Shown here in pieces: positions 1 to 11,123 of a DNA stretch of 42,542 nucleotides; positions within the stretch are counted from its first letter, which is position 1, and each line of letters starts with the position of its first letter. The notes beneath the pieces were generated by a model that searched no databases, was not told where the DNA came from, and saw only the letters and a program-made list of their open reading frames with translations. Source of the DNA: Eledone cirrhosa (lineage: Eukaryota). The translations under genes were made by a program, and so were the position numbers. The stretch is taken from NCBI GenBank assembly GCA_964016885.1, contig CAXHJY010001415.1, positions 1 to 42,542 of the forward strand, written 5' to 3'.

Positions 1-20
1 TACAGACACACACATACATA

Positions 21-98
21 CAGGGAGCCCCTAAAATGTATACACACTTCCACAGCATTCTGATCAAAGTGTGCATACATTTTTTTTAGGAAACCCTG
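21..98. mobile_element. Tiny Tc1/mariner-type MITE
   Basis: TA|CAGGGAGCCCCTAAAATGTATACACACTT...AAGTGTGCATACATTTTTTTTAGGAAACCCTG|TA: imperfect TIRs with TA flanks. Confidence 0.65.
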
Positions 99-609
99 TA
101 TATCAGGAATTTTTTGAAACTATCAGATAATAGACATCTCACCGCCCGCACTGATTCCCCTATTCTCCATTCTTACCTTTTCTTTGTCTTCTCGTTGGAC
201 AACAGTCCTTTCTCTTCTGTTTTACTATTTCTCTCCTTTGGCTTAGCCCTTGCACACTCTATATTTGTGTAATTTGCCTAAAGGCATAACTTGTCTCTAC
301 CTGTTTTGTTATATCCCAATGTACACTGGAATGAAAGGTATCGACCGTAATTAACCGAAACCGTAGTGATTTTCATAAGTTGTCTGAGAAATAGGGACTG
401 TCCGTTGTTTTTTCCCCGTTGTCTTTGTCCTGTGCGCTCCCTATTTTGAATAGGGAAAAGCGGACGTAAAATGATGATGATATAGTAATAAGGGTATTTA
501 TATTTATATTTAATACAACTATAAATATGGAGGGTAGTACTAAGTACTAACCGGTTACCGGTATGTCAAAAAGCTCAATGCAAATTTTCAAGTGTTTTAC
601 AGAGCCGAG

Positions 610-1064
610 ATACAAAGTGTTAAAACGAGCAAATTTTAGTTTAGAACATTTATTTGCTGCCAATTGTTTCTTCCAGAGGGAAATCTGGAATCATCGGAGC
701 ATAGGGAATGTCAAAACATGTGACTAAAATCCTAGTCATTTAGAACATTTAGTGTCAAAGGCATCATGTGGAGAGTCAGGAGTTAAACAGATGTTATGCT
801 TGAGAGAACACAATTACAGGCAGCACATGTTGAAAGTGTAATTGTGTTCTCTCATGCATAACATCTTTTTAACTCCTGACTCTCCACATGATGCCTTTGA
901 CACTAAAAACAATTATGTACCCTAAATGTTCTAAATGATTAGGATTTTAGTCACATGTTTTGACATTCCCTATGCTCCGATGAATCCAGACTTCCCTCTG
1001 GAAGAAACAATTGTCAGCAAATAAATATTCTAAACTAAAATTTGATCGTTTTAACACTTTGTAT
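610..1064. repeat. Long foldback palindrome (arms about 210-230 bp, 18-nt loop)
   Basis: 610-818 is the reverse complement of 837-1064 with few mismatches and one 19-nt indel (908-926). Confidence 0.95.
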
Positions 1065-1512
1065 ATATATATAGACAGACACATATATAGACACATAATC
1101 GGAGAAAGCTAATAGCGATACTCCGGCCAAATCTCAACTCACTCAACAAACATTAGGAAATAACTAAGTATATTCCTAATTAAACGTTCGGGGTGCTAAC
1201 TAATTGTATTGTGTGGAAAATTGGCTGTATCATTTCATATGAGATATATCAAATATATCCTTTCCCAGACGGACGTCTCGTTTCATTATAAGATTTCTAC
1301 AAGTTGGGTGAAATTATACCAATTTATGTAGAAGCTTGTATAAGATCAACAGATACTTATTCAAGTGGGCTCTTATAATTTTTCAGTGGGTGCCCAATAA
1401 TATTAATATTGATAACCAAATCAACATCAATATTTAGCGATAATCACCAACAGTGCTTGAGGTAGCTGCTAGGTTGTTAGCCAAGCAGTTCTAAAGAAAG
1501 TCTCACACTGTC

Positions 1513-1571
1513 TCAAAAAAGGAGGAAGGAGATTGCCGCCAAAAAACAATACATGCGCAGGTCAATGAATT
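1513..1571 (-). CDS. Putative terminal coding exon, (E)FIDLRMYCFLAAISFLLF*, hydrophobic C-terminus
   Basis: Acceptor TTCTTTTCAG|AATTC; phase 1; in frame with exon 1941-1834; non-repetitive sequence follows the stop. Confidence 0.45.
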
Positions 1572-1833
1572 CTGAAAAGAATTCAAGCCACGTGCTATAT
1601 ATATATATATTGAAATATGTGCTTTGTAATATATGCAATATATTGTGTATTCTCTTGGATATATGGTCCTCTCTCTCTCTCTCTCTCTCTCTCTGTATAT
1701 ACATATATCTTTTATTTTTGAATTATTATAGCTCCGGGCGAAGTCTGCTGAGAGTTTTATTTTATTGAGAACCACAAAAATCAAATACATTTGATATGTT
1801 TTGATGTTTCACACATATAAGATACGCAGTCAC

Positions 1834-1941
1834 CCTTAATTATATACAACAAGGCATGTTGTTGGTGCCCTCTAAAATTGTCGAGGCAGCTAACATCAAT
1901 ATATCCATGGCATTGCCGCTGGTAATAACGAATCTGAGGCG
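1834..1941 (-). CDS. Putative internal exon, xPQIRYYQRQCHGYIDVSCLDNFRGHQQHALLYIIK
   Basis: TATTCCAG|CG acceptor, AAGG|GTGACT donor; 108 nt, phase 1-1; the only open frame joins the next exon in frame. Confidence 0.45.
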
Positions 1942-2242
1942 CTGGAATACACTAGTACACTGACGAGCACCACGAACCCTCAACGATGGCTAACATTTGG
2001 TTTGACAAGAACACCTTTGATCAGGCCTTTGACTTGAGACAAAACTAAATTTAACATGATGTTTGATTTTTTTTATTTGATCTTATTAAAGCCATTTTAT
2101 GTAGCTCCTTCTTAAAAAAACATTTACTAGTTTATCACCTTTACTAGGGACCAATAACACTTTTAGAAACAAGTCCGCTGACACCCCGCGTGGTTCTAGA
2201 ATAGAAAACTGCACCTTTTATCCTCATATTGGTTTCTGTAAA

Positions 2243-2368
2243 TCGACTTCAGTACATTACTGGTATTTTATTTTATCGACCCAGTAAGGATGAAAGGCAA
2301 AGCTAACCTCGGCAGAATTTGAACTCAGATCGTAAACGCTCCACCGATACTGCCAATCCACCGCCCTT
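2243..2368 (-). mobile_element. tRNA-derived SINE family A, internally deleted
   Basis: Reverse complement of the TGAGTTCAAATT...TTTGCCTTTCATCCTTAC...GTCGATAAAATAAA core seen at 6414-6601. Confidence 0.85.
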
Positions 2369-2665
2369 ACCTTTCATCCTTATATTAAAACCTTCCATCC
2401 TTATTTTATTTTAGTAATTTTTAAATATCAGTTAACTAATGGAAAACTTTATTTCATTTAATTCCTCCAAATATTTGGTTATTTTAAAAATTAATTGAAA
2501 CAGATAAGCAATGTATTTCGCTAGAAAGATGTTAATAAAGAGAAACCACGTAGAGAATACCCATGTTTATTCAATTCCGATCTTGTTTTTAGTCAAGAGT
2601 GCTTTTGTCAACAGGTATTGTCTTTTGTTTAAAGATGTAGTCTAGAAGCGGCTATCTTCAAATCT

Positions 2666-2672
<7 letters not shown>

Positions 2673-2747
<75 letters not shown>
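2673..2747. repeat. (CT)n(AT)n compound microsatellite
   Basis: Direct reading. Confidence 0.95.
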
Positions 2748-2749
<2 letters not shown>

Positions 2750-2752
<3 letters not shown>

Positions 2753-5420
2753 ATATTAAATAAATGGAAACTATATTTATAAAACCATATTTATTTTATA
2801 TATATTTCAAGCGTACCAAAAGACTTTGGTACGCTTTCTTCAGATAAAATACAAAGTTTGTTTTATAAGTAGAGACAAACCCAGGAAAATCATACTTTAT
2901 CAGTTGGATATTCTCTGGATAGTGGAAATGTATTAGGGATTTTTCAAACTTATAGGTGAATATGCAAATGAATATGTAAATAATTGAAAAACAACCGTTT
3001 ATTTAAATGATTATGGAGAGAGAGAAGAGAAGAAGGACAAAATAGTGAGAGAGAGAGAGAGAATTAGGAAAAAAAGCGAAGATGAATAAAAAAAAAACTC
3101 ATATAACGTTAATTTGAGGGAAATATATTCGAACAATTATCTATGTATATATGTAAATATATATCTTAATATGTGTATTTATATTAAAAGAATATTTTAC
3201 GATTATTAGTTGTTTAAAATTTGTTTATAATATAATATTTTTCATTCGTTTATAAGTAGATAAATAAATGAATAAATAAATAGATGGGTATATCATGTTA
3301 TAGATAGTTGTTCTAATGAGTTATGAGGGAAATTGGTTTTGTATTTTATGTAAATAAATATGTATTTAAAATTGAGAATGATTTAAAATTAAATTAAATT
3401 AACTGAGTTAAGTAGGAATATTTATATGATTGAAAAGGGAAGATAAGGAAAAAAAACTCCGGTTTTATTTATTTATTTGTTAGTATGAGACTATTTAGTC
3501 AAAATAAGTATGGATGTTTAAGATACTTTTAGCCAGAATCAGTTAGTGGTTATTAATCTATTGAAAAAATATATTGAAAAAATATTGGAAAAAATATTGG
3601 AAAAATTAAAAAAAAATTTTTTTTTTAATTTTGAGAAAAAATTTGAAAAATTTTTTTGAGAAAATAAAAAAAAAATCTTTTGAGAAAATAAAAAAAAAAT
3701 CTTTAAAAAAAATTTTTTTTAAGAGATAAGTAATTTTTAAAGAAATAAAAAATTATTAAAATTAAAATATAAAAAAAATAGAATTATATACGTATATATT
3801 ATATGAAAATTTTTAAGTGGAAGTACAGCAAATGTTAGAAATATTATGATTTAGAGATATCAATATATTAGAACCAAGTAGATGAGATTGTTATGGAGAT
3901 TAATAGGAATATTATAAGTATAATTATAAGTTATATATAGTTCTGAATGTTGAATTCTGGCGATGTCTACAAGAATTAAATAAATTCGTTCTTAGATTAA
4001 TAGAGTTTTTACAGTTAAGTATATAAAGAATTTCCTCAATACACAATTTGCAGAATCTAGATAAAGCTGTGTTTCGGTACGCGGGTGCTCTTGAAACTGT
4101 TTCCCAAACTAATGAATAGTCTATATTCTTGCATTTTAAGTTTCATATCAGGTTTGAAAGAGAAGTTGAAGATTTTTTTGATCAAATCTTCGGAAAGAAA
4201 AATTGTGGTTATTCCAGCGAATTTTAAATTCTGTAGAAGTTGCACCGACATAGTTAAATATATTATCACTAGTTTTAACTGTGCATTTATAGACCACGTT
4301 TTTGTAAAGGACAGTTTGATTTAATTCTACAGTTACATTTTGCGGAGTTATTGTTGCTCGGAACGGTACTATTAGGTTGGATATTGCTAAAATTATTACT
4401 GCTATTTTGGTTAGGGTTTAAATTTAAGTTTCTATTATTAATTCTATTTATATTTTGTGCTATGCTCATAGTAGTAGAGTAGGATAGTTTTATAGTATGT
4501 CTGTTAAAGATTGAGTGGTATCTGTGGGCTTTAGGAAAACATTTGTCTAGTGCTTTAAAGAATAACTTTGCCAAAGGTGTTTTAACGCTTAATGAGAATG
4601 GGGGTGAATACCAAATAATATTTCTAGTTCTAGTTCTAGTTCTGTTAGTTTTAGAGTTTAAGTTAAATTTTTATTATTATTACAATTAATAGTAGGGTGA
4701 TTTGCCTTATTATTGTTGTCGATGTATTTAATCTTATTTATATACCCTGCTCTATTTAAAGCTTCATTATAATATTCAGCCTTATTATCAAAAATGTTTT
4801 TATTAGCGGGAATGCGTGAAATCCGCTGTTTGACACAATTGACAATAGTGTTCTTGATAGATCTAGGATGATTAGAGTTAAAACTTACATAGTTTAGATT
4901 CTCATTAATTTTATGGAATGGATAGTAGAGCCCTGTGCTAAGGTTTAATGTTACGTCTAAAAAGTTAACGATTTTATAGTTATTCTCTATTTCTAACTTA
5001 AGGTTGTAGTTATTGAAGAATTGTATTATGGATTTTCTTTTCCTATTAATTTCACAATTACTATGATTTTCAATTAAAAACAGCATATCATCACGATATA
5101 AACCACCGGTCATCTCTGGTATTTTTCTATGCAGTGTATTATTAATAAATAACCCCACAAGATCCGTTATTTGCGCCGAGTCAGATGATCCCATGGTGAT
5201 ATCAAAATTATTTTTTCTATCGGCTCTTGTCCAGAGATGATTGTTGAATTCAATTAAAGTTTTCTGTGCAGTTAAAATGATATGCATTTCTTCACTAGAT
5301 AAATCTGTATGTTTAGATGCATATATAAGAGCCTTATTAAGTAAACTAGGAGTAATAATGTTATTGAACCATGTTGTTATTGAACTGTTGAGTGCTCTAA
5401 ATCAGTTATAAACATTTATA
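2750..5420 (-). mobile_element. Penelope-like element 1: 5'-truncated, frameshifted RT plus GIY-YIG endonuclease, long AT-rich 3' region with pLTR
   Basis: ORF 4658-5287 has FDITMGSSDSAQITDLVG, GGLYRDD, NFLDVTL, SNHP; downstream frames give CNC...CPL, YVGATSTEFKIRWNNH, CKLCIEE...CRH; hammerhead motif near the 3' end. Confidence 0.9.
2792..2851 (-). ncRNA. Minimal type I hammerhead ribozyme (pLTR), stem III shortened
   Basis: Minus strand: TATTTTAT-CTGAAGA-AAGCGTACCAAA gtct TTTGGTACGCTT-GAAA-TATAT-ATAAAATA; perfect 12-bp stem II and 8-bp stem I. Confidence 0.8.
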
Positions 5421-5714
5421 TTTATATTTGTCGGATTTCCAATAAATTAAATACCCCTTCTACTTATATATATATATATATATAAATAAAATAATGTATA
5501 TGGTAATAAAAACATTGATGTGACACATTGTACAGCAGTTCTAAGTTTTAAAAAAATGAATGATGACTTCATAAATTTAAACATCAGATTTGAATGTTTT
5601 ATTCAACATTCAAACTTTTTTGGTTTGCGAAGGTTAGGTGGCGATTGTAAGCAATACACCGATTGACCTGAAGATAATGAACTCATTATCTTTCTTTGTA
5701 CGTCTATATGCTAT

Positions 5715-5960
5715 TGCAGCATGACCGAATGTACAATTTCGTGGTACCTTGAGCAAGTGTCATTTATACCATTAGCCCTTGGGTCGACCTGTACCATGTG
5801 AATGAAATTTGGTAGACAGAAACTGTTTGGAAGCCCGTCTGATGAACTATACGTATAAATTCAATGGACCAACCTTGTCAAACACTGTCACTACTTACAG
5901 GTTAATTTCACGAATGTGTAGGCCTATCGTACTGTGATTTATTCCTTGAGTACAAATAGG
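5715..5960 (+). mobile_element. Degenerate SINE family B
   Basis: CCTTGAGCAAGTG...TGAATGAAATTTGGTAGACAGAAACT...GAAGCCCGTC is shared with the copy at 8830-9300. Confidence 0.6.
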
Positions 5961-6277
5961 AGGGCAACCTTTGAGTTTAGCGCTCCACTTTCGCTTTTGT
6001 TAATCTGCACTTAGTATCGTTCTGTTTGGCTGTCGGTGATCAGAAACTAAATGGCAATGTTTGTGTGTGAGCTTTCTGTTTATCATTCCATTTGAAAAGA
6101 GACAAAAAGAAAAATGATCAGTTATTAGTACTTATTGTTGTTTTTTTCCTTAAATGTTTTGTTTTTTTGCATAGATATATTTTGCCTAACTTCGAATAGG
6201 ATAAAAAAAATATGCTGTTAGCAAGTGATTGATTTAAAAAGCAATGGAAAAATTAAAAATGTGTGCACACCAACGCA

Positions 6278-6377
6278 AATGACCATAATAATAATAGTCG
6301 ATCATTTAAAATAAATAATAGATGAGAAAATCTCATTTATTATTTATTTATAGTGATGAATTATTATTATGGTCATT
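6278..6377. repeat. AT-rich 100-bp hairpin (MITE-like)
   Basis: Outer arms AATGACCATAATAATAAT/ATTATTATTATGGTCATT; inner arms AAATAAATAATAGATGAGA-AAA-TCTCATTTATTATTTATTT. Confidence 0.8.
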
Positions 6378-6413
6378 CGAGTTGGGACTTTAAGTATTAT
6401 TTATTAAGCCTTA

Positions 6414-6601
6414 AGGGCGGTGAATTAGCAGTATCGGTAGAGGGTCGGACGCCATGCTTTGACGCATAGAGTTTACGGCCCTTGCCATTCTGAGTTCAAA
6501 TTCCGCCGAGGTTAACTTTGCCTTTCATCCTTACGGGGTCGATAAAATAAAGTACCAGTAATGTACTGGGTAATTGCTGGCCTTGTGCCAAAAAGTAGAA
6601 C
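6414..6601 (+). mobile_element. Full-length tRNA-derived SINE family A with 18-bp TSD
   Basis: A-box-like TAGCAGTATCGG, B-box-like GAGTTCAAATTCC; TSD ATTATTTATTAAGCCTTA at 6396-6413 and 6602-6619. Confidence 0.92.
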
Positions 6602-6834
6602 ATTATTTATTAAGCCTTAGGTCATCGGCTGCCAAACAAAAGGAGGCTCACTGCAGATTCCTAAATATGTCAGATAAGTGCTAAAACTCAAAAGACCACT
6701 AAATAGATTAAAACGAAACATGGCTGAATACATCAAAACATTAGCATTTTATTAACGCCCTCAAGTATCTGCACACACAGGGATTTTTTTAAAGGAAGAG
6801 GCTATGTAACCGGTCCCGGTAAAATAGACTCCTA

Positions 6835-7155
6835 GGCTATGTAGCCGGTAAGAGTATCAGACACCATGAGTTGCGGCCTTTTACCGTCTGAGTTAAGACA
6901 ATTTGAAATCTTTTCCACCATCAATTATTAAAAAACAAATTAAAATCTTCGTAACGTACGTTACGCTTTAGTTATATACACACACATTTACACGTAAATA
7001 CATAAACAGATACAGACAACAGAAGTGCAAACCCACACACATCTACTCATACATATTCATAAATAGACACATTATACAAAATAATTATTACATACACACA
7101 CATCTATGAATACGATATGTGTTGTGTCCCTCTAGAGTTTACCGGCTACATAGCC
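6835..7155. mobile_element. MITE with 17-bp TIRs and TA flanks
   Basis: TA|GGCTATGTAGCCGGTAA...TTACCGGCTACATAGCC|TA; extra partial TIR at 6799-6814. Confidence 0.8.
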
Positions 7156-7229
7156 TATTGTTTTTTTTTAATGGATACAATTTCAAAATTAAATGTAAAA
7201 AAAAATAAAAGAAACTAGTGATGTTAAAC

Positions 7230-7580
7230 ACCCAAATGGGATACCTCTCTTCCCATTCGAGGGAGGTAAATCCCTAATCTAGGATACCATGTACTGCGAC
7301 TTGTTCTCTGCCTGAAGCCATTTCGCTTCGGCCGCAAGCCTGGGTGCTGTCTCCCCGCAATGCCGATAGGAGGAGCATGATCCAAATACCAGGGCTTGAC
7401 CTCAGGTGTCCTCGGTCTCCCGAACTGCTGTTTTCCTCCGTAACATAGGAAAGATAACAGCCTGCCTGATGTAAGGTAACTGTTGCAGCCAGTGTTGCTG
7501 GCCATTCTCTGCGGAAATGCCTTCACCATTTTGTCTGCAGAGTGGAAGATGGGTTGAGTGTACAGTCTGTCTATCCGTTT
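7230..7580 (+). other. Unique GC-richer multi-hairpin segment: candidate structured ncRNA or structured first exon (donor AAG|GTAACT after 7475)
   Basis: Several stems with G-U pairs on the + strand; no second copy in the window. Confidence 0.4.
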
Positions 7581-7924
7581 CCACTTTCCAAGCCTTTCGT
7601 TGGTTTCTCTTTTCTTTCTCTCTATCTTTTTCGTTTTTTTTTTTTTGCCATTTATATTGTACTGTTTATATAAGTAAACATTTCTTTTGTTTGAAACCAG
7701 TGCATTTAGCGTCACTTCTTACTATATGGACCAGTAAAGACTTCAAACACGTGAAAACAGTGTTATATATGTGTTTCATGCGAATTATTCATTTTTTTCT
7801 TCTTCTTCTACTTCATACAACTTTCAAGTCAATGAGGTATTGTTTTACACTAATTACTTCTTTCATCCAGTCTCCTTCCCCACACACTTCCTTCCTCCTG
7901 CACAGTTGCTGGATATTAGTTTCG

Positions 7925-8430
7925 TTAGGCTAAAGGACCTTTCTGTTAAGTGTAGGTTCAGGAAAGCTTTACTTGAAGCAAATGAGAAGGAGGACGAGAT
8001 AGACACATATGACACAGAGAACAATTCAAAATTGAAGTTCCTACGTAATAACTTACTACAGACTACTGAAAAGATAAGTGGCTGGAGCAAAGTACCAGCC
8101 AGACTCGGTGACTCGGTGAAGGAACAGCACAGTAGATAGAGCTATTAGAGCCAAGAGACTGGCGTAGAAAGACTGGAAAAATGGGGGCAGCAAAGGCCGA
8201 TAACAGGTTAACTAAAAGAGAGGTTAGACGACAAGTATACATAGCATGAAAAGAGGTGAAAAAAGGAGGCTTGCCAATGTCTTGCAACGTGAAAATCAGA
8301 GATGTGAGGTGTTCCACATTACAAAGCAGTGTCAGTGTGAATGAGGATATTGGGGAAAATGTGTATGAAATGACACTGGTGCACTTTACATCACTGATAC
8401 TTGAAAGAAAGAGGCCTCGAAATGCTACTG
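7925..8430 (+). mobile_element. RTE LINE internal fragment (between APE and RT)
   Basis: Aligns by eye with 26265-26765 (LKD...FL.NNLL..T..I.GW, VLQRE.Q). Confidence 0.8.
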
Positions 8431-8829
8431 TGTGTGAATATATATACATACACACACTTAGTGTTGATAGCCGCGACAATGAGTACTCATGGTAGAGATT
8501 AATATTTTGTTATGAAGCCATATAGTACAACTTCTATTCATACCTAATATAATATATGATATTTATATATATATATATATATATATCATCATCGTCTAAT
8601 GACTATTTTTTACGCTAGTATGGGTTATATATATATACACTCACACACACCTACCCAGTTCTATCTACAGAACTACCTACCTACTTATTGTATTATATGA
8701 GCAGTTCATAGACATTTGTACTCTTAACGTAATCTCCATGCAGGATCAGTTTGACGAGGCTTCTTAATTAGACGTTTGTATTTCAGATACAGTTGTAGTG
8801 CATCTGTTAGTCTTCTGCAGTTTCATTGT

Positions 8830-9300
8830 AGGCAAGGCATAGCTAAGTGGTTAAGACTTTCTACTTTGTAATCATGAGGTTCCAAGTTCGATCCCATTGC
8901 GTGGAATCTTAGGTTAGTGTTTTTACCATAGTTTTTGGTTGATCTAAGCCTTGTGAGTGAAATTGATTAGACGGAAACTTTGTCGAAGCCCGTCGTATAC
9001 ATTGCATCTGTAGTTCAAAGAACAGATTGTTATATGTATATCACTGATTGGGCTTTGGTAATACCTTAAAGGTGCACATATCTGTGGAATACTCAACCAC
9101 TTATAATATGTACTGTACCTCTAATTCAAAGGTCCAGTTATATCACATATTGTGGCACATTGATTCAGCTTCATACACGTGTTTGTGGAATACTCAACCA
9201 TATACACTGTGCTGTACTCATAATTAAAAAGTCAGGCCTTGTCACATATTGGGGAATACTGATTCTGCATTAGAATTATGTTAGGGATGTTGGTTTAACA
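8830..9300 (+). mobile_element. tRNA-derived SINE family B with internally repeated tail
   Basis: Head GCATAGCTAAGTGGTTAAG...AAGTTCGATCCC (A and B boxes); repeated TGTGGAATACTCAACCA units. Confidence 0.7.
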
Positions 9301-9649
9301 GGACCCAAACAAGCCCCCAATATATATATATAGCATGAAATATATGGAGAATAGAAATGACTGTATAGTTACTATTTAAGGTAACTTAAAATGCAGTGGG
9401 AATAAGAAGAAAACAAGAACGGGGGGGGGGGGGGGTAGGTGAGTTTTCCTCATCAGTTGTCTACTGGGGGTCTCGGATATTTCTACGCTTTAAAGACAAG
9501 ATATCTCACACCAGGGCGTTAATAACTGGATAAGTTATTGGGACAACGGAGCAGGGAGGGAAGGAAAGCAAATGGGAAGAAAAGAGAAAACAGTAAAAAA
9601 AAACACCGGAAAAACAACAACAAACCGAGCAATGTGTGAGCAACTTAAG

Positions 9650-9840
9650 GTATATATATGTAAAAGGTAAACAGAAATAACACAATCGCTACAGTATATG
9701 GAAGGGATATATTAGGTTAAAACGCTTGATATAGCAGGAAGAGTGTTTTAACGTTTCATCAGAAGAAAGAATGAGAAATAAGATAGATTGAGGGGACAGG
9801 CGGGGTGGAATTGGAAAAATGTTTTTAGATAAAAATAACA
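9650..9840 (-). mobile_element. Short (TA)n-anchored repeat family C with collapsed hammerhead relic
   Basis: Shares AAAGGTAAACAGAAATAACAC...GATATATTAG with 29510-29585 and 33260-33440. Confidence 0.7.
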
Positions 9841-10069
9841 GGTCCATTCATGTTGACATCGTGTGTGTGTGTGTGTGAAAAAGTGCCAGGAAATGCCAGT
9901 GAAATGAAGCTGCAATAGAGGTAGACCGAGAAAGACCTGGGTAGAGGTGGTGAGAGATGACGAAAGAATGCAGTGAATAGAGAGATGTGCTGAGAACGAC
10001 TCATCCAACCCATGCAAACGTGGAAAAATGGACATAAAAATGTTGATTATAGTGATGATATATATCATT

Positions 10070-10900
10070 AACATCATTTAACTTCTGTTTTCCATACTAG
10101 TGATGGTGCAACAATAAAATACACCTGGTGCACCCTGTAATGTGCAAGTAAAGATGTAAACCAGATGCAGTTCCCAGCCCATTTGTGAGGTCAGTGACCT
10201 CGATCTATCCACTCCATACTCACTGGAAGATGCTGTCTTTGTATAAAGAGGAATATATTATCCTTGTATCTGTCCATCAATCTTAGGAATCTTTCTATCA
10301 CCTTTCCCACACATCTGCAATGAGCTGCCAGTTGTCATTCTCCCACGCTTCTTGAAGGTTACACAATAATCATCTAGTGTTGGTGTCATAAAATGCTCCC
10401 AGCTCATTCTGTAAAGTAGTGCTGGTAGTGCTGCTGCCATGATAAAATGTACCCAATTCACTCTGTTAAGAGGTAGTGCTGGTGTCACAATAAAATGTAC
10501 CCTGCTCATTCTGTAAAATGCTAGTGCTGGTGCCGTGATAATATACACGCAGTCCACCCTGTAAAGGGTTAGTGCTGGTGCCATGATATAATGCCTCCAG
10601 TTCATTCTGTAGAGTAGTAGTGCTGGTGTCACGATAAATGCACCCAACTGATTCTGTAAAGTGATAGCCCTGGTGCTATGATGAAATGCATCCAATTCAC
10701 TCTGCAAAATGGTTGTGCTGGTGTCACAATAAAATGAACCCAGTGCATATTGTAAAGTGTTTTATATTAGGAATGGTGTTCAACTGTAGAAACCAAGCCA
10801 AAATGGAATGTATGAGCAAGAGGTAGTCATCTGGTCTGTCTAGTCTCATGCTGTCCAGCCCATGCTAGCATGGAAAATCGATGTAAGACAGTGATAACAA
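10070..10900 (+). mobile_element. RTE-type 3' UTR relic with tandem units of about 43 bp (10350-10760)
   Basis: Repeated AAATGCACCCA...CTCTGTAAAGT..TGCTGGTG units; ends CCCATGCTAGCATGGAAAA like the 3' end of 25050-28775. Confidence 0.7.
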
Positions 10901-11123
10901 TGGAAACGTTGACAAATTTATAATGTACCTTAGAATAAATGTAAGATTTCAGCTAACACTGTGTGTGTATATTAAACTGAACTATAGATCAGTTTAATTG
11001 TAAACAATTGTCTTTGTATACAATCACCTGGATTGGTTTCAGTCCTATATTGGGGTCTGTAACACTTCATAGAAACATGGTATATATGCATGTACGCACG
11101 CACGCACACACACACGCACACAC

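Noticed and set aside
1268-1358. Minus-strand CTGTTGA-long stem-GAAACGAGACGTC hammerhead-like string
   Set aside because: Core mismatch and no stem I pairing found
5556-5638. Plus-strand ATG exon (MNDDFINL...) as first exon of the 14093 gene
   Set aside because: The better donor is phase 2 and incompatible; the phase-1 donor is weak
6414-6510. tRNA gene
   Set aside because: A and B boxes belong to a multi-copy SINE head with TSDs; no cloverleaf
7224-7715. 163-aa minus-strand ORF
   Set aside because: Non-ATG start, begins in low-complexity sequence, no recognisable motif
10258-10707. 149-aa repeat ORF or CRISPR-like array
   Set aside because: Degenerate tandem units of an RTE-type 3' UTR; no constant repeat with unique spacers; eukaryotic context
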